Shown here: piece by piece, positions 26,670 to 33,900 of the stretch
How the letters are laid out: every line of letters starts with the position of its first letter
Position numbering within the stretch: the first letter of the stretch is position 1
Notes under the pieces: generated by a model
Told to the model about the DNA's origin: nothing
What the model saw: the letters and a program-made list of their open reading frames with translations, nothing else
Database searches by the model: none
Made by a program: the position numbers and the translations under genes
IMG/VR virus record: IMGVR_UViG_3300035533_000020
Coordinates: 1-33,900 of that record
DNA: 33,900 nucleotides
Source of the DNA: a virus
Taxonomy: Duplodnaviria > Caudoviricetes
Direction: 5' to 3' (one strand)

Positions 26670-27872
26670 ATGGCATCAAATTACGGTGTAAATACTATAA
26701 CTACGGTAAACGCAGCTAGACCTATCAGGATAAACTCTTCGACTCCTATCGGTATCGCTGCATCTGTTTTGCTTGACGCAAATGTGGAAGCGGAGGCGGC
26801 AATCTTAGAGAAGCTAAATGCTGATGATGGAATGCTTTATTATGGAAGTCCTGATGAGGCTCTTGAAGATTTTAAAGAAAATCTTGGGACTGTTAGAAAC
26901 GCTCTTGATGGTATTGCTGATCAAAATGTAAACGCACCGGTTGTGCTTTCATTGGTTCAGATTGACCAGACTCAATACGATGCAGGGGCTCCAGAGGATA
27001 CTTACGGCGACCCAGCTGTTAAGAGTGCGGTCATCACTGCCGTTGGGAACTTGAGAAAATCGGGTGCTAAGTTTGGGGTAAAACCTAATCTTATTATTGC
27101 ACCGTTCTTTTCACATGATCTTGACATCAATGCTGAGATGAAGTCGGTTGCTGATGCATTGCTTGCTACGGGTATCGTTGACTTGAACGCTGTGGATGAA
27201 GCTGATGTAAACACTCAGGTTGATAATTACGGTACTAGAAGATTGCTTCTTTGTGATCCTTATGTGAAAGTGTGGGACACGGTTGCAGATGCAGCAGCTT
27301 ATGAGCCGTCTTCAGCAAGAATCGCAGGAATGATCGCAAGAACTGACAGTGAGGTTGAGTACGGTTGGGCGGACTCATTTTCAAACAGAGTTGTAAACGG
27401 TATCAGTGGCTCTAAAAGAGATATTGAGTTTACTCCAGGGCAAGAGTGTGAAGCGGACAGACTTAGAACTAAAGCTGTTACTACTCTTATCAGATACAAC
27501 GGTTTCAGAGCTTGGGGTGGAGAGACAACTGATATTGATCCTATCTGGCAAGACCTTACAAGAGTGAGAGTTTTTGACCGTGTGTGTGAAGCTGCTCTTG
27601 ATGGATTGTTTTGGGCTATCGATAGAAGAGCTGATATCTTGAAGTCTGCTAAAGACTCGGTTGAGCAGATGCTGCTTGCTTTGAAAGGTTCATCTGTGCT
27701 GCTTGGTTTCAATGTGTACTGGGACCCGGAAAAAAACACAAGAGCGAACATCACTGCAGGTAAGTTCTACATGGTCGCAGAGATGCAAAACATGCCAATA
27801 GTCAAAAGGCTAGAGGTGAACTTCAGCTATGTTGACAAATATGCTGATGTTTTAATTAAGCAAATTTCATAA
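26670..27872 (+). CDS. Contractile tail sheath protein (P2 FI-like)
   Basis: P.LIIAP.FS, SARIAG.IARTD, SNR.V.GI, GFRAWG.ET, F..VR-like region. Confidence 0.93.
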   Translation: MASNYGVNTITTVNAARPIRINSSTPIGIAASVLLDANVEAEAAILEKLNADDGMLYYGSPDEALEDFKENLGTVRNALDGIADQNVNAPVVLSLVQIDQTQYDAGAPEDTYGDPAVKSAVITAVGNLRKSGAKFGVKPNLIIAPFFSHDLDINAEMKSVADALLATGIVDLNAVDEADVNTQVDNYGTRRLLLCDPYVKVWDTVADAAAYEPSSARIAGMIARTDSEVEYGWADSFSNRVVNGISGSKRDIEFTPGQECEADRLRTKAVTTLIRYNGFRAWGGETTDIDPIWQDLTRVRVFDRVCEAALDGLFWAIDRRADILKSAKDSVEQMLLALKGSSVLLGFNVYWDPEKNTRANITAGKFYMVAEMQNMPIVKRLEVNFSYVDKYADVLIKQIS

Positions 27873-27884
27873 TAGGAGTTAAGT

Positions 27885-28391
27885 ATGGCTGATGTAAGAA
27901 AATCACAAACAATCAACGGAGCAACTCTTTTCGTTGAGGGTCTTGGGTTTATAGGTACAACCTCTGAGGTTGAGTTGCCGGCGATTGAGTTTGAGACTTT
28001 TGAGGGGAACGGCGGTGTTTATAAAAGAGAGATAAACACTGCAATGCTTAAAGCTCTGACTACAAAGATGAAGCTGAGTGAGTATAACAAGGTTCTTTAT
28101 GAGTCTATGGCTAAGCACTTCACTAAAGAGACTCAAATCTATGTGAAGTGGAATGTTAGTGGCAAAAAAGGGAACTTCTCTCATGTGGCTACATTTAGAG
28201 GAGAGATCAAGAAGTTTACTCCTCCAAAGGTCGAGTACGGAAAAGAGATCGGTGTTGAGCTTGAGCTTGCAAACTCATTTTATAAGCTAGAGGAAGATGG
28301 AAACACTAGAGTTTTAATCGACCTTGATGCTTATGTGTGTGAGATTGACGGTGTGGATGTTTGGCAAGAGCTTAGAGAAAATATTTTATAA
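27885..28391 (+). CDS. Tail tube protein (P2 FII-like)
   Basis: LFVEG.GF.G...EVELP.I, YKLE.DG, IDGVD; follows the sheath gene. Confidence 0.88.
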   Translation: MADVRKSQTINGATLFVEGLGFIGTTSEVELPAIEFETFEGNGGVYKREINTAMLKALTTKMKLSEYNKVLYESMAKHFTKETQIYVKWNVSGKKGNFSHVATFRGEIKKFTPPKVEYGKEIGVELELANSFYKLEEDGNTRVLIDLDAYVCEIDGVDVWQELRENIL

Positions 28392-28401
28392 GGAGTGAAG
28401 C

Positions 28402-28611
28402 GTGGAAAAAGTACAGATCAACGGAAAAGATGTAGAGGTAAGAGAGCCAAAAGTTAGAGACCTAAGAGCGGTCTCTCAGTATCAAAGCGAGGAAGATAAA
28501 GAGGTTCATTTAATCTCTAATATCACTGGACTTACTACTGATGAGATTGATGATCTATCAATCAAAGAGTATAGAAAGCTCCAGGAGAAGCTGCAAGGTT
28601 TTTTATCATAA
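28402..28611 (+). CDS. Tail assembly chaperone (P2 gpE / Mu gp41-like)
   Basis: REPKVRDL, E..LI..ITGL..DEIDDL...Y..L; ends in slippery T TTT TTA. Confidence 0.88.
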   Translation: MEKVQINGKDVEVREPKVRDLRAVSQYQSEEDKEVHLISNITGLTTDEIDDLSIKEYRKLQEKLQGFLS

Positions 28612-28748
28612 TCCCTTGGAGGGATGTAGTCTCTGGCATATCTAAGCTGGGGGCTGCTTTCAACCAGGGATATGGTGAGTGTCTTGAGATGCCTATAAGC
28701 GATTTTATAACTTTAAACGCTGAGGCTAATGAGTTAAACAGTAAATAA
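28402..28748 (+). CDS. Frameshifted tail assembly chaperone (gpE+E' equivalent)
   Basis: -1 frame after 28599-28605 is open to TAA 28746-28748 and fills the gap before the tape measure gene. Confidence 0.75.
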
Positions 28749-28793
28749 AGGGTCTTTAAAGACCCTTTGTTGGCTGTTTAAAGAGGAGTTAAA

Positions 28794-31379
28794 ATGGATA
28801 AAATTAAATTTGGTATAGAGATTGGGGCAACGGTTTCATCTTCTTTAAAATCTTCTATTGGTGCTGCTTACAAAAGCATAGATGGTTTAAAAGATAAAGT
28901 TAATCTTTTAAATACTCAAAGAGTAAGCCTTAGAAAGATTAATACTGAGTCTTCAAAAGCTGAATTAAAAAAAGTAAACAAGCAGCTGCTCCAGCTAAAA
29001 AAAGATGCAATTATCAAAATAAAGCTTGAAGCTAAAAAGCAGGAGCTGCTAGATCAAAAAAATGCAATACTTGGACTTCTTGGTTCAGCGATGGTTATAT
29101 CTGCTCCGATATCAGCTCGGTTAAATGTTGAAAAAGCTCAAGGAGATATAGCATCACTTGGTATAGATGAAAAAGGCATAGGACTCATAACTGAAGCTGG
29201 TAGAAAATTTAGCAATGAGTTTGCAGGTACCACAACTCCAGATTTTATCAGAGCAAGTTATGACATTAAAAGTGGTATAGCTTCTCTTACTGATGAGGGA
29301 GTGGCACAGTTCACAAGGCTTTCAGCTATGACTGCAACTGCCACAAAAGCAACTACTGCAGAGATGACAAAGCTTTTCGCTCTTGGTCATGGAATATATA
29401 GAGATCAGTTTGATAGCGACTTTGAGTTTGGAGAGAAGTTTAGTAGTGCGATATCTGCATCGGTGCAGGCTTTTAGAACTGACGGTGCTGATTTAAGTGC
29501 CGGATTAAGTACACTTGGTGCAACTGCAACCAAGATGGGCGTAAGTCTTGCAGAGCAGTTGTCAATCTTGGGTAACTCAAAAGGTGCATTTAATAGCTCA
29601 TCTGAAGCAGCTACATCTTACAGGGCTTTTTTAAATGGAGTCGGAAAGGCTCAAGAGAAACTTGGATTGCAGTTCACTGACTCAGAGGGAAAAATGCTTC
29701 CTATGACTCAGATACTTCAAAAGCTACAAGATGAGTTTGGGGACTTATCTAAAGTAGAAACTATGGATGAGATTACAAAAGCGTTTGGAAGTACTGAAGC
29801 AACAAAGATGATAACTGCTCTTATTGATAAAAACAAAGAGCTTGAGCAGAGTCAAAAAGATATCTCAAAAGCTATGGAAGAGGGAACAACACTTACTCAA
29901 AAGATGGCTGAAGCAAGACAGAGCGGAAGAGGCTTTGAGCTACTTGGTCAGCAGATCGGAAACCTTGGTGCGAGCATAGGTAAGATATTTATGCCTGCAG
30001 CCGCTCTTTTGGCTTCAACTATCGGAGTTGTTGTCACTGGTCTTGATGCTTTTATAAATGAGTTCCCGGTTATAAGTTCAGTTGTTGGTGGTGTAGCTCT
30101 TGGAATATTTGGTCTTGTAGCTGCTATTAAAATTGCAACTATATCGAAGACTTTGTTTCAGATGGCAACTATTACTTTAAGAGGAAGCTTGCTTGCTCAA
30201 GTACCTCTGTTAAATACATTAAGATTGTCTTTTAATAGATTGAGTCTTGCAAAGATTAGAACGACAATTCAGACTACAGCAATGACTGCTAAGAACTGGA
30301 TTGCACTTGCATCTCAAAAAGCTCTAAGTGCTGGCTCTTTGGTTCTTGGAACATCTCTTAAAGTTCTTGGTGCTGCGGTCGGTTTTGTGGGTAAAACCTT
30401 TGTGTGGCTTGGTAGAGCTTTGATGGCAAATCCTATAGGGTTGATTATAGGGGTTATTGCCGGGGGAGCTTATTTGATCTATTCATATTGGGAGCCAATA
30501 AAAGGCTTCTTTGGCGGCTTATGGGATAGTGTTAAGTCTATCTTTAACGGTGCTTGGGATGGTATTAAAAAGGCTTTTTCATTTACTCCTATAGGTATGC
30601 TTGTGGGAGCATGGGAGCCAATAAAAGGCTTCTTTGGTGGACTATGGAATGGAGTGAGTTCTATCTTTAGTGGTGCTTGGGATGGTATTAAAAAAGGTTT
30701 ATCTTTCACTCCTCTTGGTCTTATACTTAGCAACTGGGAGCCAATAAAGCAATACTTCCTTGATTTATGGGATGGATTAGTTGGAGGCTTTTTAAAGACC
30801 TTTGAAAAGATAGGAAATGTCTGGAGTGATGTAAAGAGCTTCTTTGGTTTTGGAGGAGATGAAGAGAAAAAAGATATCTCTCTTGGGTCAACCAAAAAAG
30901 AGGAGTACTTCAAAGATACTCAGCTCAAAGAGGTCTATAAGCCAGCAGATATAAAACCGGTAAACAATAGGAGCTTCACAACCGTTGAAAACAAAAAGAC
31001 AGTTGAAAGCAGCACTCCAGGAACTGCATACAAAGAGTCTGTGGCTAAAAAACCAAAAGAGCCATCAAAGGTAAAACAAACAGCTGCTGCGGTGATGATA
31101 GGAAGTTCACTTGTGTCGGTTCCTGCAACACCAGGTGAAGCAGCTACAGTTCAACCAAAAGCAAAAACAGAGATGGTGAGCCAAAACAAGACCGTGAGCT
31201 CTCCAGCAAGCTATACGGTTCAAGTTACCTTTACGGGCGATATCGTTGTGCAGAGCAAAGATGGAAAAGTTGTGGAGTCTGGTCAGCTTAAGGATAACAT
31301 CGAAGAGCAAGTGAGAGTTGCTCTTGCAAGACTTAATGATGAAAAGAAAAACAGATCATTTGAAGACGAGGTGATTTAA
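28794..31379 (+). CDS. Tail tape measure protein (TP901-family core)
   Basis: 861 aa, Ala/Gly-rich helical, Trp/Phe-periodic repeats; follows the chaperone. Confidence 0.93.
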   Translation: MDKIKFGIEIGATVSSSLKSSIGAAYKSIDGLKDKVNLLNTQRVSLRKINTESSKAELKKVNKQLLQLKKDAIIKIKLEAKKQELLDQKNAILGLLGSAMVISAPISARLNVEKAQGDIASLGIDEKGIGLITEAGRKFSNEFAGTTTPDFIRASYDIKSGIASLTDEGVAQFTRLSAMTATATKATTAEMTKLFALGHGIYRDQFDSDFEFGEKFSSAISASVQAFRTDGADLSAGLSTLGATATKMGVSLAEQLSILGNSKGAFNSSSEAATSYRAFLNGVGKAQEKLGLQFTDSEGKMLPMTQILQKLQDEFGDLSKVETMDEITKAFGSTEATKMITALIDKNKELEQSQKDISKAMEEGTTLTQKMAEARQSGRGFELLGQQIGNLGASIGKIFMPAAALLASTIGVVVTGLDAFINEFPVISSVVGGVALGIFGLVAAIKIATISKTLFQMATITLRGSLLAQVPLLNTLRLSFNRLSLAKIRTTIQTTAMTAKNWIALASQKALSAGSLVLGTSLKVLGAAVGFVGKTFVWLGRALMANPIGLIIGVIAGGAYLIYSYWEPIKGFFGGLWDSVKSIFNGAWDGIKKAFSFTPIGMLVGAWEPIKGFFGGLWNGVSSIFSGAWDGIKKGLSFTPLGLILSNWEPIKQYFLDLWDGLVGGFLKTFEKIGNVWSDVKSFFGFGGDEEKKDISLGSTKKEEYFKDTQLKEVYKPADIKPVNNRSFTTVENKKTVESSTPGTAYKESVAKKPKEPSKVKQTAAAVMIGSSLVSVPATPGEAATVQPKAKTEMVSQNKTVSSPASYTVQVTFTGDIVVQSKDGKVVESGQLKDNIEEQVRVALARLNDEKKNRSFEDEVI
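30489..30790 (+). repeat. 123-bp (41-aa) tandem repeat within the tape measure gene, about 2.4 copies
   Basis: TGGGAGCCAATAAA at 30489, 30612, 30735. Confidence 0.85.
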
Positions 31380-31753
31380 TGTATTACTTGATGATAGGAG
31401 AGTTCAAGTTTGAACTTAAAAAAGAGCAGCTTGATGAGCTTGGGTATAACCTTGAGCTTGGTTGGAAAAAGGTTGATAGGATAGGAAATAATCCTGCTTA
31501 TCAATCTGTTAATGCATATACTGAGACACTTGATCTAAGAGCCACGCTTGTACTTAAAAAGCAAGACACGCTTGATGATCTCATAGAAGCATCAAAGCAA
31601 AAGCAACCGCTTTTTATGGTTATGGGATACGGTGAGATCATAGGCAAGGTGCTTGTGTCAAATATAAAGACAACAAAAAGAGACTTTGTGAAAAACGGAA
31701 AGGCTGTTAAAAAAGAGGTTTCAATTACATTATTGAGGTATTACGATGAATAG
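31379..31753 (+). CDS. P2 gpU-like tail protein
   Basis: IG.F.F, W....RIG..PA.Q, P...V.G.G.I.G. Confidence 0.85.
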   Translation: MYYLMIGEFKFELKKEQLDELGYNLELGWKKVDRIGNNPAYQSVNAYTETLDLRATLVLKKQDTLDDLIEASKQKQPLFMVMGYGEIIGKVLVSNIKTTKRDFVKNGKAVKKEVSITLLRYYDE

Positions 31754-31949
31754 ATATGTTGCAAAAGATGGAGAGAGGCTGGATCAGGTTGTCTATGCTA
31801 ACTATAAGAGCTTAGATGTTTTTAACTCGATAATGGAGTTTAATAAGCATCTTCAGGATAAACCTATACTCAGTGCCGGTGATGTTGTCTATCTTCCAGA
31901 GATAGAAGTTAAAACAAAAATCAAGGAGCTTAAGTCGTTATGGAACTAG
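31746..31949 (+). CDS. Tail protein X (LysM-like)
   Basis: Y.AKDGERLD.V.Y..Y, N..L...P.L.AG..V.LP, terminal LW. Confidence 0.88.
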   Translation: MNRYVAKDGERLDQVVYANYKSLDVFNSIMEFNKHLQDKPILSAGDVVYLPEIEVKTKIKELKSLWN

Positions 31950-32887
31950 AGCCTATATTTGAGATGCATGCAAACGGAGCTGATGTTACCCAGCAGCTTA
32001 TGAAAAACAATGCAACTATACAGTTCAAGGACGAAGACGGAAGCGTAAGCGATGAACTGACCATAAAGATATATGGTGATTTTGCTAGACCTAAGTACCA
32101 GGATGAACTGAAGCTTTGGCTTGGATACAAAGAGAGCGGTCTTTTTTACTGCGGTACTTTTAAGGTTCAGACTACAGAGAGGCTTGATGGATATCTGCTT
32201 AATATCACCGCAACTGGAGCTGACTTTAGTGAGTCTTTGAAGCAAAAGAAAAACAAGAGCTTTGAGAACATGAGCATAAAAGAGATATGCAAGATGATCT
32301 CAGCTGAGCATGGCTTGAGCTTGAAGAGTGACTTTGAAGATATCTTTATCATACATCAAGCACAAAACAACGAAAGTGATCTTCACTTCTTGAAAAGACT
32401 TGCAGGTGAGTTCAACGCTATTTTTAGCATAAAAAACAACACTCTTGTGTTTTTAAAAAAGAAAAAAGACGGACAAAAAAGTGATGAGCTCCCAGAGATA
32501 ACAGTTGATGCAAAAAAGGTGTCTAACCTTTCGATTAAGCACTCAAATAAGCTTTTGTATAACAGCTGTAAAGCAGTGTGGCACGACACTAAGCAAAACA
32601 AAGTAAAAGAGATCATTGCCGGGAGCGGTTCACCACAACTGCTTCTTGAGGGAAGATTTAAAAATGAAGCAGAGGCAAAGATAAAAGCAACTGCAAAGCT
32701 TGAGAAAGCAAATCAGGGGATCAAAAGCGGTTCATTTAAGTCCGCTGGTCTTCAAGTATATGCAGGCAGCAAGCTTAACTTAATCAATACTATAGGAGGT
32801 GAAGATGATGAGAGCTTCATCATTAAAAGCGTTAATCATTCGTTTAATGAAAGCGGATGGACTACATCTGTAGAGTTTGAAAATTAG
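31940..32887 (+). CDS. Baseplate hub / late control protein D (P2 gpD)
   Basis: D.DG..SDEL, L.LWLGY, G.F.V, Q.NESDLHFLKRLA, V.HSF...GWTT. Confidence 0.9.
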   Translation: MELEPIFEMHANGADVTQQLMKNNATIQFKDEDGSVSDELTIKIYGDFARPKYQDELKLWLGYKESGLFYCGTFKVQTTERLDGYLLNITATGADFSESLKQKKNKSFENMSIKEICKMISAEHGLSLKSDFEDIFIIHQAQNNESDLHFLKRLAGEFNAIFSIKNNTLVFLKKKKDGQKSDELPEITVDAKKVSNLSIKHSNKLLYNSCKAVWHDTKQNKVKEIIAGSGSPQLLLEGRFKNEAEAKIKATAKLEKANQGIKSGSFKSAGLQVYAGSKLNLINTIGGEDDESFIIKSVNHSFNESGWTTSVEFEN

Positions 32888-32891
32888 AGTT

Positions 32892-32936
32892 AAGTAAGCA
32901 ACCACCTCCTCACTCCTCATGGTTGCTTACTTTTAT
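32892..32936 (+). terminator. Hairpin after the tail operon (13-bp perfect stem, 15-nt pyrimidine loop, T-run)
   Basis: AAGTAAGCAACCA / TGGTTGCTTACTT, starting 5 nt after the gpD stop. Confidence 0.6.
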
Positions 32937-32979
32937 ATCGGCTATTGCCTTAATAATTTTACATCGAGGAGTACTTAAA

Positions 32980-33783
32980 ATGCAAAAAAATCAATTTACA
33001 TGTAAACCACTTAAAGCACCGCTTGGGTGGATAGGTGGAAAATCCAAGCTATCAAAAGACATAGTTGCTGTAATGCCTGAGCATAGATTATATATAGAGG
33101 TATTTGGAGGGGCTTTAAATGTTCTATACGCAAAACCAAAGCCACTATCAAGTAAGCAAGCAGAGGTTGTGAACGACATCAACGGCGACCTTATTAATCT
33201 TCATAGGATCATACAAACTAGACCGCAGACACTATCGTTTTATCTTAATAATATGCTTATAAGCAGGACTGTATTTGAACGGATAAAAAGAGGTCACTGG
33301 AAGCCAAGAAACAAGATAGAAAGAGCAGCTTATTACTACTACCAGCTAACTCAAAGCTTTGGCTCAAAAGGTGATAACTTTGCCATGTCAGCTAAAAGCC
33401 GTAAACCTAAGAATATATACAAGAACTTCAAGACCTGGTCTGACAGATTAAAGATGGTAACTATAGAGAATATGAGTTTTGAGAAGCTTATACAGACTTA
33501 TGACAAAGAAGATGCTTTCTTTTATTGTGACCCACCGTATGTGAGCACTGAGTCTTATTATAAAAACACTGGAGGCTTTGGTCGCAAAGAGCATGAACTC
33601 TTAGCAGAGCTTCTATCTAAGGTAAAAGGTAAGTTCTTGGTTTCATACAATGACTGTGAGCTTGTAAGAGAGCTATATAAAGACTTCGATATAGTAAATA
33701 CAAAAGAGATCGATTACACACTTAGAGCTAATGCGACCGGAGTCAAAAAGAGTGTTTCGGAAGTGTTTATAAAGAACTATTAA
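32980..33783 (+). CDS. DNA N6-adenine methyltransferase (Dam/D12 family), orphan
   Basis: GWIGGKS, EVFGGA..V, NDIN, CDPPY; ATG 32980 with GAGGAG RBS preferred to TTG 32923. Confidence 0.93.
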   Translation: MQKNQFTCKPLKAPLGWIGGKSKLSKDIVAVMPEHRLYIEVFGGALNVLYAKPKPLSSKQAEVVNDINGDLINLHRIIQTRPQTLSFYLNNMLISRTVFERIKRGHWKPRNKIERAAYYYYQLTQSFGSKGDNFAMSAKSRKPKNIYKNFKTWSDRLKMVTIENMSFEKLIQTYDKEDAFFYCDPPYVSTESYYKNTGGFGRKEHELLAELLSKVKGKFLVSYNDCELVRELYKDFDIVNTKEIDYTLRANATGVKKSVSEVFIKNY

Positions 33784-33814
33784 ACAGCATTTAAACACCG
33801 TTTAATTTTGCACA

Positions 33815-33897
33815 TAAAATGAAAGTATCTAACCCGTTTTAAAGGTTGGACTTTCATTTTAAATACAAAAGACTTTCATTTTAAAAACCGTTTTACA
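33815..33897. repeat. Mu-type right end (attR): two direct and one inverted transposase-binding sites, terminal CA
   Basis: GACTTTCATTTTAAA at 33849 and 33871 (22-bp period), inverted TAAAATGAAAGT at 33815-33826, ACA at 33895-33897. Confidence 0.85.
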
Positions 33898-33900
33898 TAT

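Larger units (their letters stand above)
1..33897. mobile_element. Mu-like transposable prophage with contractile tail; right end present, left end and repressor probably outside the window
   Basis: MuA/MuB pair, GemA, Mor, Mu-type protease/portal/gpF/gp36, P2-like tail genes, terminal ACA at 33895-33897 preceded by repeated binding sites. Confidence 0.95.

Noticed and set aside
32923-32979. Hydrophobic N-terminal extension (signal-like) on the methyltransferase
   Set aside because: The TTG lies inside the hairpin stem without an RBS; ATG 32980 has GAGGAG.
939-33182. Numerous other antisense or alternate-frame ORFs of 60-150 aa in the track
   Set aside because: They lie within well-supported phage genes and show no independent coding signals.

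Overview
The window is a nearly complete Mu-like transposable prophage in AT-rich DNA; an origin in Campylobacterota is only inferred from composition and layout. The plus-strand early region encodes a Ner-like protein, MuA DDE transposase, MuB ATPase, DUF3164, an Amidase_3, an AAA_25/SF4-like ATPase, a DEDDh exonuclease, GemA and a Mor/C activator. A minus-strand head and packaging operon (10128-18078) diverges from a plus-strand holin and P2-like contractile tail operon (18271-32887). A Dam-family methyltransferase occupies the Mu mom position, and a right end with three transposase-binding repeats ends at ...ACA 33897. No repressor or convincing left end is visible. The main result is an intact diversity-generating retroelement (DGR) inside the tail operon: target gene with a C-terminal variable repeat (VR, 23815-23926), GATA-loop hairpin, avd, template repeat (TR, 24416-24527) and reverse transcriptase (RT). 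All 12 TR/VR mismatches fall at TR adenines. Other signals are an iteron-like 56-bp palindrome after the helicase/exonuclease pair, a predicted anti-Shine-Dalgarno (SD) pseudoknot on the methyltransferase leader, a T TTT TTA -1 frameshift in the tail chaperone, an internally started scaffold, a symmetric bidirectional late promoter and an endolysin separated from its holin. Family calls come from reading motifs by eye, not from database searches.
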